Shown in pieces: positions 1 to 12,133 of a stretch of DNA of 64,000 nucleotides. Every line of letters starts with the position of its first letter. Position 1 is the first letter of the stretch. Under the pieces are notes generated by a model that saw only the letters and a list, made by a program, of their open reading frames with translations, was not told the DNA's origin and searched no databases. The translations under genes were made by a program, and so were the position numbers. This DNA is from Lingula anatina (lineage: Eukaryota > Animalia > Brachiopoda): NCBI GenBank assembly GCA_051362555.1, contig CM120643.1, positions 19,968,848-20,032,847 on the forward strand. Direction: 5' to 3'.

Positions 1-279
1 GATTGCTATAAATTATTTGAATGATAGGCATATATTTGACACAGCATGACACGACAAGATGTTGCCACAATCAAGTTATGGGCCAAATTAGTGTCAATTG
101 GTTAACAAGGCAGCAAAGCTGTCAAATGTACAGACAAAAAGCAGGAAATAACTATGCACAAAATAGGCTACTGTCAATTCTGATGCAAAAGTACATTATG
201 TTAAACTGTAAATTCAACATCAATTTTTAATTATGCTCAACAGGAAATACCAATGAAAGTAAAATGTGTAACAAGCATA

Positions 280-2735
280 AGGCTTCAGGCCCATGAGAGT
301 TCAAGTTCACACTTTGAAAATGTATAACTTCCAGAAAAAGAAGCCAATTAGACTGCTTTTCCAACTCAGGCTGCATGCCGATTTTCGAACTTGACCTCCG
401 TTTTAGTAAGATCGATTACTCCTGAGAGTTTCACGACAACAGGCCTATCGGTTTTCCTTGAAATGTGTTTACAGTGTTGCATATATGTTGAAAAGTGAAA
501 GAAAAAAGCATAACTTCTACAATAATGGCCCGATCATCCTGTTTTTTGAACTTGACCTGGGTTTTATGAATATTCATCAGCTCTTTAAATATAAAGCCCA
601 AAAGTAAAACTGCCTTCCACTTATCGTGTTTACAATAAAAGTGCAAGGTACATCTGTACATATTTACTGTACTGTTTGAGAACAGTAAGTGACATGGTTT
701 TTCTTAAATGGTCATCATGGGAGCAGTGCCCAAAATAGGTTTTTTTCAAATTTTGACGCAATATTACATAATGTTTAACAGCATAATGACCATCAATTTT
801 TAAGAATAAAATATTAGTATCATGGATATTCAGAAAATGTGACTAGCAAAGGTCTTCAGGCCCATGGAACTTCAAAGCCACAACTTGAAAATGCCAAAAT
901 GTAAACAAGACAGCACTGTTCTGAAATGGGTTTATTTCCATTTTTAACAATTTTTAACATAAAACAAAATGAACAGTTTACTGCCATTTTTATATGATCA
1001 ACTAAGAAAATTGATGAGATTGGAAAAATATCAATATAACAGTGTTAAATGTCCAATTTCCTCCATTCTGAGATTCTGAACATAGTGGATGATTGAATCT
1101 GACAAACTGCAATGATATGAGTTTATTTCCATTTTTGACACTTTATTACACAATACACGATAAAAAGTTTACCATCATTTTTACATAATCAACTAACAAT
1201 GTTGTAAAGATGCAGGAAATGTCAAACAATCACTTTTACGTATCTTATTAGTTTAATAATGAGACTGTTAACATGCCTAAGAATTGAATCTGAGGAAATG
1301 TAAAAAAACAGCACACCTTCTAAAATAATGGCACGATTATGCTGATTTACGTACTCAACCTGCATTTTAGTAAAATTGACCACTCCTGTGACTTTCATGA
1401 CAATTGGCCTATCTGTTTTTCTTATATTGTGTTTACAGTGTTGCATATATGCTGAAAAAAGAAAAAAAAGCATAACTACTAAAATAGTGGCCCGATCATG
1501 CCAATTTTCGAACTTGACCTGCGTTTTAGTAAGATCAATTTTTCCTGTGAGTTTCATGACAACAGGCCTATCGGTTTTTGTTGAAATGTGTTTACAGTGT
1601 TGCATATATGCTGAAAAGTGAAAAACAGCATAACTTCTACAATAATGGCCCGATCATGCTGATTTTCGAACTTGACCTGCATTTTATGAATATTCATCAG
1701 CTCTGTAAATATAAAGCCAAAAAGTAAAACTGCCTTCCACTTATCGTGTTTACAAGGAAAGTGCACGGCAACGACGGCGACGGCGACGACAGTCGCAGGT
1801 GATGGCAATATGTACAGACACATCTATATATATTTACTGTACTGTTTGAGAACATGGTTTTTCTTAAATGGTCATCATGGGAGCAGTGCCCAAAATAGGT
1901 TTTTTTCAAATTTTGATGCAATATTACATAATGTTTAACAGCATGATGACCATCAATTTTTAAGAATAAAATATTAGTATCATGGATATTCAGAAAATGT
2001 GACTAGCAAAGGTCTTCAGGCCCATGGAACTTCAAAGTCACAACTTGAAAATGCCAAAATGTAAACAAGACAGCACTGTTCTGAAATGTTTTTTTTTTTT
2101 TCATTTTTAACAATTTTTAACATAAAACAAAATTAACAGTTTACTGCCATTTTTATATTATCAACTAAGAAAATTGATGAGATGGGAAAAATATCAACAG
2201 AGCAGTGTTAAATGTCCAATTTCTTCCATTCTGAGATTCTGAACATAATGAATGATTGAATCTGACAAACTGCAATGATATGAGTTTATTTCCATTTTTG
2301 AAACTTTATTACACAATACACGATAACAAGTTTACCATCATTTTTACAAAATCAACTAACAATGTTGTAAAGATGCAGGAAATGTCAAACAAACACTTTT
2401 ACGTATCTTATTAGTTTAATAATGAGACTGTTAACATGCCTAAGAATTGAATCTGAGGAAATGTGAAAAATATGCTGAAAAGTGAAAAAACAGCATAACT
2501 TCTACAATAATGGCCCGATCATGCTGATTTTCGAACTTGACCTGCGTTTTATGAATATTCATCAGCTCTGTAAATATAAAGCCAAAAAGTAAAACTGCCC
2601 TCCACTTATCGTGTTTACAAGGAAAGTGCACGGCGCCGGCATCGCCATCGCCATCGGCATCGCCATCGGCGACGGCGACTACAGACGCAGGTGATGGCAA
2701 TATGTACAGACACATCTGTGTCTGTACATAAAAAT
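280..2735. mobile_element. Helentron-associated (HINE/DINE-like) element array with about 1.16-kb tandem duplication and about 150-bp subrepeats
   Basis: 691-1290 is nearly identical to 1851-2460. GGCGAC/GCCATC microsatellite and a perfect 14-bp terminal hairpin tatgtacagacaca-tc-tgtgtctgtacata (2701-2730) next to an A-tract. Confidence 0.65.
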
Positions 2736-2803
2736 GTCAAAGGCTAATTCTTTTTTTCAGATAATTGCTTTCTTATTCCCCCTCTATATTGCACCCACTG
2801 TAC

Positions 2804-2949
2804 CTTGGAGGCAAATGTGATGTTGCAGCGTACACATCTGTAGGGGTGCTGCAGTTCTATGTGTTTCCCTACTTCTTCTTTACTGACACTGCTGTAATTT
2901 CGACAGAAGCCACAGGAACGATACTGCTTCAATGGCACCCAATTCTGAC
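2804..2949 (-). CDS. Zinc-finger exon (GQNWVPLKQYRSCGFC..HIELQHPYRCVRCNITFASK)
   Basis: Acceptor tttccttttag matches phase 1 of the upstream exon. One complete and one half C2H2 finger, then likely donor AAG|gtacag. Confidence 0.75.
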
Positions 2950-5900
2950 CTAAAAGGAAAACAATGGTATCTTAAATTAAAAAAAAGTACCTAAGAAACT
3001 AGTGGGGTAATAAGCTTTTTTTTAAAATTATATGACAGATGGTGTAGTGGATAGTTTATCATTTAATTACTAGCTGCTGTATCACAGTCCTGGTTTCTCA
3101 CTGTTTACATAGAAAATGGCATTATGCAGCATGAAAAGCATGACTGACAATGAAATATTTTTACTAAATGAACACATGATAACTACTGCTTTCTTATCCC
3201 AAATTAGTAAAGCACAAAATCTTGGACATAAAAAATGTGCATAAACTTCTATTGCTTCATGAAAGCAGCTGTCCAAAAACGTTTCTCAGTCTGGCACCCT
3301 AATTCATTTGGAATAATGAGAATCTTTTAATTCATTTCTAAACTTGATAACACAATCTGGTAGTATTTACCTGAAATCACACGTATGGTTGGCTTTCCAG
3401 GAAGATGGTCCATCTTGGTAACCTTGACTACACCCTCCATCAAACCAGCATTAGCATGGCTAACATTAGGCTTGCTATGTTTTACATTCTTTTTTGGTAT
3501 TGACTTTCGGACAGGCTTTTCCACTGTAGCCACATCAACGTTTGAAGTGGCATTTGGAACATGTGAGCCAAGTTTATTCTGGCCAGTTTTAGGTTTTACA
3601 TCTTTTACAATCTGCATGGGTTTAGTGTGGCTGCTTTTCATCTTGCTATCTTGAAAGTTTCTCAACATGGACATCTGGGATATCTGAACAGTTTTCTCCA
3701 CTTTAACTACACAATTTTTAATAGCAAAGCCATCTTGTGCAGAAAACTGCCTTGGAAAACTGATTTTCTTCTTTTCACGTTTCCCATTAACATCATTTGG
3801 TCTGGATTTGGGCAAGATATTAGAGCTCATTCTGCTCACAGTCCCAACTTTCATCTCTCTAGAGAAGGCTTTCAATGCCTTATTTTTTAGGCAACTGCTG
3901 GAATTTCCCTTGCTTTTTTGACCACTATATTTCTTGCTTTTCTCACGATTCTGCCTTTCAAGTCTGTCACTGCATTTGTTACTGCCTTGTAAACTCTGAC
4001 ACTTGTCTGGTTTACTTGAGTGAGTTGAATGGTGTGGGATCTCGTCATCAACCAAAGGCATCAAGTCAATCTCAGCTTTATCTGAGCTACTTACTCCTAT
4101 ATTTATGGAGCCCTCTATCCCCTTCTTTACTCTCCCAGGCATTCTAACTGTACTGTCACCAGGCAGAGGTTTCTTTGATTTGGGGGACTGAACACATTTT
4201 CTGTCAATACCCTGATTGACCAAAACCTCATGTTTTGTCTTTCTACATCTGCTTCTGTTTGATTTTTTGGCAGTATCCCTTGTATTGTGCCAATTACTTT
4301 TACACCCATTTTTCTGGGTCTTGGAAACTGTTGTCTTGTGTTTTTGCCTCTTGGAAACTGTTATCTTGTGTTTTTGCCTCTTGGAAACTGTTGTTGTGTG
4401 TTTTTGCCTCTTGGATACTGTTGTCTTGTGTGTTTGCTGCCTGGGAGCTGTTGTCTTCTGTGTTTGCTGCTTGGAAACTGTTGACTGGTGTGCTTGCTGC
4501 TTAGGACCCGTTGCCTTGAGTGTTTCCTGCTTGGAAACTGTTAATTGGTGGGTTTGCTCCTTGGAAAGTGATGCCTGGTGTATTTGATGAGAAGGAATTG
4601 TTGCCAAGTTTGTTTGCTGATTGGTCTGTAGTTTGGGTACAGGAAGGGTCTGAGCACTTTTTTTATTGGGCCTTCCTCTTTTCTTGATGGTCTGAGCACA
4701 GGTTGTCTGAATTGAGACAGGGTTACAAAGGGTTTTTTGGTGATGGGTCTTCCTCTTTTTATCACGTTTTTGGGATTTATCCATTTTCTTTGCTAACAAA
4801 GATGTTCCCTTTTTTCCCTCCATGCAGCGCTTGCATTTGGATTGGCCTAGCAGAGCCCTGGTGCTACGACGTTTAGATGTTCTCTTCCTGGATGCTGGGG
4901 ATTCTAGTGGCTTGTCTATGTTCAAACGTGAGGTACATTTGGTCTTTTTTACATCAACTTTTGAATCTGAACATGAGAGCATCTTACAATGCCCTGCCAA
5001 AACTGTTGTAGCTGCTTTTTGTTTATTTCTGACAGTATCATTTCGAGAAGCACCATTGTCTGGTAATATGTGATCTTGCTGTTCATCTTCTTTGTGCATC
5101 TTGGCAATATGAACGCTCACATATCCTGATCTAACAAAATATTTGCCACAAATATGACAATTGTGAACTTTCTTAGACTGCAACTCTGCATTCTTGTGGT
5201 TTCCTTCATCTTTCTGCACAGAATCAGACTCTTGGTTATTCTTGTTTTCAATCACTGTAACCATTTTCTTATCTGAAGAAAATTGTGATGCATCTACACT
5301 GGCTTTGGTGCATGTTTCAAACTTTGAACTAATAGTTGTCATTGCAATACTGAACATACTATTGGCAGAAGACTGGTGGCCACTTATGTCTTTCTGTACT
5401 TTGCTGCTTAATTTTTGTTGTGATATTAATGCCACATCTGCTTCATCACTGCAAGCGGTCCAAGATTCAATGCAAGAATTTCTTGAATCCACACTTTCCA
5501 CAGACACTTTTTGTAATTGCTTCATTTCCATACTTCCCAGTGCCGTTTTCTTCACACTTTTCAAATCTTTGATAAAACCAGACTCAGCTCCTGAATTATC
5601 CACAAAAGCATTGTTACTCATTTCAAGAACAGTGGTTGCAGCTTCATTAGACACATCGTCTTCCATTTTACTTGGTTTATGACAAGATGCAAGCTCATAT
5701 TTCTGTAGTGCAGATGTGATGTCAATATTGTGTAATCTATTTTTCCATCCACTAAAATCCCGACATGGAAAATTTGGACTGAGAAGTAGTTCTTCCTCTG
5801 TGCCCAATTCACCAGAGAAACAGCTTGGCAACCTGTCCTCACTGGCATCACTTACTGTGCCAACTGTGAGAACTGTTGGCTTAGGGGGACAATCCGGATT

Positions 5901-8900
5901 GCTGTCGCTGTCTGAAAATCCTGTGATGGTTGGCTTAAATTCACTTTCTGTGCCGAGCATCAGGGTATCTGGGTTGTCATCAGTTCCAGAATGTGCAGTG
6001 AAAGTAGACCGATGAACCGAGGCACTCTCTTTACAGTCATCCACTTGTCTATGTAATGTGACAGCAGATGGGTTTTGTGCAGCATCAACGGACTTGTCGT
6101 CCTTTTCTGTAGACACCATGACAGCATGTGAACTGGTAACACAGTTTTGATTGTTGTCACTTTCTGTCTTGGGTGTGACAGCAGCTGAATTGAGAGTACA
6201 TTCTTGTTTGTCAACAACTGTGTGAATCACTATAGCAGATGGATTAGGGGTACAGTCCAAACTGTCATCACTTTCCTTAGCTGTGGCAGCAGATGGCTTA
6301 GCTTTGTAGTACTGACTGTTATCACTGTCTGTGAAAGCAGAAATACTGGTGGTATGCTCTTCATTTTTATCACTTTTTGTATGGAATGCCATGGCAGATT
6401 GCTTTGAAGCAGATGATGTATTCTTGCCTTGGTCTGACTGTGTTCTCCTACTGCTCATCTGACTGGTTAAAGACTCTGTCTTGATCAAACTTCTATCACT
6501 ATTGCATGTCTCTGATTTCACATCAGTATCCTTCCAAGTAAGACCCAATTTTTGTCTGAGACCTCCCTCTCCTTTACTGGCTGTAACATCACACTGTGTG
6601 TCTCTGTCCAAGTTAAGTTGTTGACAGTCACCCTTGTTTCCTCCAAGTGTACCATGCCGACTTGTCTTCCTGTCTGACATGCCTGTTTCTTCATTCTTCC
6701 AATTACTTTCCCTGCTTCCAGCTACACTCACAAGGTTTGCTTGATTTCTATCACCCAGGTGTCCATTATGAAAAATCCCTTTGTGGTCAGGTCTTTTCCA
6801 GGGGACTGGGTGTCTGGTTGTTACTACATCTATAGGTTTCATATTCCAATTTGTTTTCAGTTTCTTCTGGCCTTCAACATCACTCTTTGCACTATCTGAG
6901 ATAAATTTCCTTTTGACAAATAGCAACTTGTCATCCAGCCTTGACCTTGTTTTAAGAAGCTTATTTCTTTGAACAATTTTACTCTTCTGTTCCCTTGCTT
7001 TACTGAACTTGGAGATTTGTTTTACAGGCAAACTTTTAGACTCACTCTCTGTAACACTATCTATAGATTCAGAAGAACTGTTTAGGGCATACAGTGTCTT
7101 GTTTTTGGCCACATATGGATTACTTGTCAGCCCCGACTCTTGCACCTCTGAAAACTTGTTTTCACCATCTGGAACCAAGGCTGTCTTCCCTGTTCTTGGG
7201 ACAAATGTACAAGATGGTCGCTTTCCCTCAACTTCAGGAGCATCATCTTCTGGCAAAAACTGGCTCACAGAGGGAGACCTTGCTATCCATCCCTCTATCA
7301 AGTCAGGCGGCATACCTGAGTGGGTCCTTTTTCTTCTGCGTGCAACACCCTCTGCCAAGTTACCTGAACTCAAGGGGTCACTTGAGACAGGTTGAAGAAC
7401 ACATGGAGAAACATTGGTCCTTCTATTTATGATCAAACATTGATGTATTGGTTCTGAAGGGGAAGGGCAAACCAAAATGCCCCCAGGGACAGAAAGACCA
7501 GTGTGCCCTATCCTGCTTGACCTCTGAAAATTTGTGTTCTGTTCCTTTTCATCCTTTGGATTTTGACAACAGAATATTCCCACAGAGCCAGATTCAACTA
7601 CAGTCCTATTTTCTCCATACAATTGTTGACTACCACAGACACATCTTTTGAATTCCTCACTGAAAAAGGGATGGATGTGCTGCTTTTGCTGCTGACAGTC
7701 CTGGTAGGTACTAGAACAATGGTGAAAACCATGGTAGTTATTACCATCATGTCCATATCTACCCTGGATGGTTTTATCCCCATATTGTTGAATGCTGTGG
7801 AAAGTATTGCCATCATGTTGCTCTCTGCCAAGGTAGGCACTACCACCATGTTGTTGACTTCCAAGATAGGTGCTACCACCATATTGTTGGCTCCCTAGGT
7901 AGGTGCTGCCTCCATGTTGTTGACTACCAAGGTAGGCACTACCACCATGCTGTTGTCTTCCAATGTAGGCGCTACCACCATGCTGCTGACTTCCAAGGTA
8001 TTTGCTACCACCATGCTGTTGACTTCCAAGGTAGGTGCTACCACCATGCTGTTGACTTCCAATGTAGGCGCTACCACAATGCTGTTGACTTCCAATGTAG
8101 GTGCTACCACCATGCTGTTGACTTCCAAGGTAGGTGCTACCACCACGCTGTTGTCTTCTAAGGTAGGTGCTGCCACCATGCTGTTGGCTCCCAAGGTAAG
8201 TGCTATCATCATGTTGTTGGCTCCCAAGGTAGGTGCTATCATCATGTTGTTGGCTCCCAAGGTAGGTGCTATCATCATGTTGTTGACTACCACCATGGTA
8301 TTGTTGGCCAAGGTAGATTCTATCCCCTTGTTGTTGACTGCCATGGAAAGAACCATCACCCTGTTGCTGACTGAAAACATATTGGGTTTGTTTGTTTTGA
8401 GCTTACATAATATGTATGCTAATAAAGGAAAGCCTTATTTTGAACTAACAAGCATTTCCAATTCTGTCAAATTATTATACAAGCACAATTTATGAAAATT
8501 CTTAAAATAAAATTCTTCAAGAGAAATAAAAGGTATGATTTTAAACCAGAATATTTTTATTATTCTCACACAAGAGAAAGCATTAGTGATTACATGTATT
8601 TCAAACATGTCAACGTGGAATTTTTTTAAAAAGCTATACATAAAAGCCCCCCCCCCCCAATTCATATTCATACCAAAGTTGCTATTAACATTATAAAGCA
8701 TCCCATTTTTTTTTTTTTTGCTGAACAGTTTGAAACATTATTAGTGTTGCTACATAGAATATTACGTGCAAACAAACCTTAAAATGTGTGTTGAGCATTT
8801 ACAGCAATCCCCCAACATTCTCTTGCAGTAGTTATGATCATCAAAGAATTTGTTCTGGTCACAGTTAAGTCCACAGTATTCTCTGTCAATGGATGATCGG

Positions 8901-11398
8901 TCTTCTTGTAGACCACAGTTTCCACAAATTCCCTGTGACACCACGCTTCCCAATGCACCTTAAAAGACAAATACCGTTAGTTTTTTTTTCTAGATAACTT
9001 TAATAATACAAAGTGAATCGTTTCCCTAGGAAACATTTGTAACTTTAAAAAAAATTTGCTGTAGAATTTTGTCTCTGACCAATTTTTAAAAACCTATACT
9101 GGCCCTTTGGGACACCTGAAACAAAGACCCCATTCCCATATATAGATCGATCTAGAAGGATTGACCGATCACTGAGGGGATTCTCGCTAAATTGCTTTCA
9201 GCTTGTGCAGGTTAGATGTCTGGCTACTGAAGCTGCTAAGACATAGTTAACTAGAGGATCAGAGAGGCGATACCGCCTCCTGATATTGTACCACCAGCTG
9301 GAGTAAGCGCATTCGAATGGAACCACCCCCCCCCCCAAAAAAAAAAAAAAAGGGACACCACAACCAGTCTTGTCCTTGACAAGCTCTATGCAATAAACAA
9401 GAATTTTCAAAATATGCAAAAAAAAAAAAAAAAAAAAAAAGAAAGAAAAAACATAACATAAAAATGGTCCAATCAAGCGGATTTTCCAATTGGCCTGTAT
9501 TTTCCTAACATTGATCACTCCTGTGATTTTCTAGACAATAGGCCTATTGGTTTTCCTTGAAATGTGTTATCAGTGTTGCATATATGCTGACAAAAGAGAA
9601 AACGTAAGGGCAACACTGAGCATATCTCTGCTAGTTTTGAAGATATGAGGGGCAAGAAAATATGCAAAGGTCAGTTCATGGTATATGATTTCCTATTCAA
9701 GTTAAATAGTAACTATGGGTATCTCCTTGCTAATTTTGGAGATAAAGAGGCCAGAAAACATGCAAAGTATAGTTCATCATAAAAAGTAGGTCAAAGGTTA
9801 ATTTCAAGGTCACAGTTAGATTGCCAGTATATGACTTCCTGTTCAGGTTCAATAGTAACTATGGGTGTATCTCTGCCAGTTTTCGAGATATAAGGGAGAT
9901 AATTTTTGCAAAGTTCAGTTCATGGTGAAAAGTAGGTCAAAGGTCAATTTCAAGGTCACAGTTAGATTATCAGTATATGACTTCCTATTCAAGTTCAATA
10001 GTAACTAAGGGCTTATCTCTGCTAATTTTTGAGTAATTCACATTTTATTTTCACTACTGAATTTTGGATGTTGAACTTTTTGATTAGTGCAATGCCTAAG
10101 CCGTATCAAAAACAAAAAAAATGGACACCACCCCCAGTGCTGCCCTTGACAAGTTCTACAAAATGCAAAAAACAAGAGGTCTCTAGCATTAACGGTTCCA
10201 GAATTAGAGAGAATTTTCAGTTTCGGCATCTAATGGCCGCTACTACCATGAAAATGCACCGATTGACCCCAAACTCACGAAAATGAAAGATGACCCTAAG
10301 GGTAACACCTGCCCATAATATTATAGGAAAGATATGTTTCGTTTCTAAATATCGGCTGAAATAAAAATTTTCTCGCAAAAAATTCCCATTTTTAGAAAAT
10401 TTTGGCCTGTTTGACCTTGAAATAAAGGTCAAAGGTCAAATCCAAGGGCATATTTGAAATCCTCACATATGACTTTTGGTCAGCCATCTGTTGTAATTTT
10501 TCCCATAATTCCATCGGTTTGGGAGATATTTAGCATTGAATTTTCAAAATTTTTGACAAGGGTGCATTTCAACGAGCGTCACGCCCAGGTCAATGCACCA
10601 ACTGAGACAAAAAAACCTGGGGGTTCAAGTTGAGATTATATGTGACCTAAATCCAAGAGATGGGGACACAGGTCCTTGCGGTCTAGGAGGAGAAGCGGTA
10701 ACGGTGACTCGTATCCCACGTCATCCTGCGGAGCCGCAGGAGCCGCAGGAGCCGGCGGAGCTGTACGAGACGGGTCGGGACTAAAACCATGAGTACCGCC
10801 AGCGTACACGCTGGTGGTACTAATAACACCCTAACAGCTTTAGTAGGCGTGCCAGACATCAGAGACACTTCAGCTGAAATCATTTTTAACGTGAATTCCC
10901 CCCCTCCCCACCTTGGAGACGGACCAACCCCCTAGATTGATCTAGGTATCGGAATGAGGTCAAAGATTCAAGTTGCTGACCAGCAGCAGAAATCATGGCC
11001 AGAATGTTCAACAAATTTACAAAGTTTTAATGGCCTAAGCATTATGCAATTAAGGGTCAATAACTGTTCATGGCTCAGACAACAGAAGTGACATTGACAA
11101 TGGAGGCATTTACGATCTAACAAACATTTTGTAGACAAGATTCCTGAATCATGGTGGTACATGTCTGGGACAGTGTCAATGTGACCAAAGCTGAAAACTC
11201 ACTGGTAGCTGCACTCGGTTCCCCTGAACTGAAGCGACCTCTGTATCTCCTGCTATACATATGCTCAAGCCAAATGTCTTGTGGTCTGATAATTGTCAAA
11301 GCTGTGGTATTATCCCTGGAGAAGTTTTGTCCCAGAACAGGATTGTCATCTCTGCTGGTGTTGTGATACTGAAAGTTGTACATAGTTGGATCAGCAGC
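2804..11398 (-). CDS. Large C2H2 zinc-finger / AT-hook nuclear protein, multi-exon, 3' end probably outside window. Exons 11398-11203 (ATG 11383), 8958-8778, 8370-3371, 2949-2804; about 1,836 codons in window
   Basis: Splice sites with consistent phases: attag|GCT..ACC A|gtgagt; ttaag|GT GCA..TTA AG|gtttgt; tttcag|T CAG..TCA G|gtaaat; ttttag|GT CAG..AAG|gtacag. Contains C2H2 finger CHICGKYFVRSGYVSVHIAKMH, AT-hook-like KKRGRPNKK, a further finger CGFC..HIELQH and a split finger CVRC..FASK. Confidence 0.8.
3371..8370 (-). CDS. 5,000-bp internal exon of the zinc-finger gene
   Basis: ORF 3327..7622 starts at a TTG, but the same frame stays open upstream (..QQHGGSTYLGS repeats..NYHGFHHCSSTYQDCQQQK..) to a ttttcag acceptor at 8371. 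Donor gtaaat follows 3371. Confidence 0.85.
4315..4570 (-). repeat. Coding 33-bp tandem repeat encoding basic TVSKRQKHKTT-like units
   Basis: ttggaaactgttg.. recurs with a 30-33-bp period and translates to K/Q/T-rich repeats in the long ORF. Confidence 0.8.
7810..8300 (-). repeat. Coding 33-bp tandem repeat, about 15 units, encoding QQHGGSTYLGS
   Basis: Plus-strand unit ggtaggtgctaccaccatgctgttgacttccaa repeated with variants; lies inside the 5-kb exon. Confidence 0.9.
8778..8958 (-). CDS. Cys-rich exon of zinc-finger gene (contains DHNY motif)
   Basis: ORF 8762..8953 is bounded by a cttttaag acceptor and an AG|gtttgt donor; phases 1 and 2 match both neighbours. Confidence 0.75.
9126..10961. 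mobile_element. Harbinger-like MITE (AAA TSD) expanded by nested HINE-like insertions
   Basis: Termini gaccccattccc / ggaatgaggtc flanked by AAA, with inverted arms at 9126-9300 and 10790-10961. Short relatives at 48305-48442, 55638-55811, 59486-59691. Interior has aacaag-initiated repeats. Confidence 0.65.
11203..11398 (-). CDS. Probable first coding exon of zinc-finger gene (MYNFQYH..LEHMYSR)
   Basis: ORF 11117..11383, acceptor ccccattag, consensus donor A|gtgagt in phase 1 matching the next exon. Confidence 0.65.
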
Positions 11399-12133
11399 CT
11401 AATGGGGAGGATAACAAAATTTTATTATTCATGAAAACAGAAAATAATATTGTTTGACTGGTAGTGATATTGATATGTATATGCATAAAACGACTTGGTT
11501 AAAACATATGGTAGTATGACTTCATGTACCCATCTATAATAATATGTATGCATCATTTATAATAATATATTCGTGCATTTTAAACAAATTATATGACCCT
11601 TTGCCAAAATGTGGCCTTTAAATTACCAATTTCAGACATAAGTAATAATCTGTTTGACTGCTATTGACTGAAAGACTTATAATTCTTCTAGAAAGATAAA
11701 TCATTCATGAGCAGAGAATACAAAAATATTACAATTGCAGAAATGCACTAAATATATAATTAACTTAATTAGCAAAACAAAACTTCTATTTTCACTAATG
11801 TCGATGTCCCCAATATGCATATACTCCAGATGTTCATATACAGCAGTAGCATAACAAAAGAAACAATTTGTTCACTAAAGATATACTCCATGGCACATCA
11901 CATACGAGTATGCTGTTCCAAAGATGTTCTACCAAGCTAAAATCTAAAACATCTCTTCAAGTACTAGTATACAGGTTGCTCTGGGGCAAATACACAGAAC
12001 GTGTTCAGCTTTTTGAATTTCACCACAGATACATTTCAGACCCTCTCAAGGGACTCGAGACCAGCAGCCCTTTTCTACTGCCAGGTTGTGTGATGACAAT
12101 CTGTGCCAAGTTAGACTGATTCAAACTCCTTAA

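Noticed and set aside
431-2715. Repeated short ORFs (HFPCKHDKWKAVLLFGF..)
   Set aside because: Chance translations of HINE-like subrepeats, with frameshifts between copies.
7563-8495. Hydrophobic repeat ORFs 7914..8495(+), 7895..8380(-), 7598..7882(-)
   Set aside because: Alternative frames of the 33-bp repeat; only the QQHGG frame links to splice sites and the long ORF.
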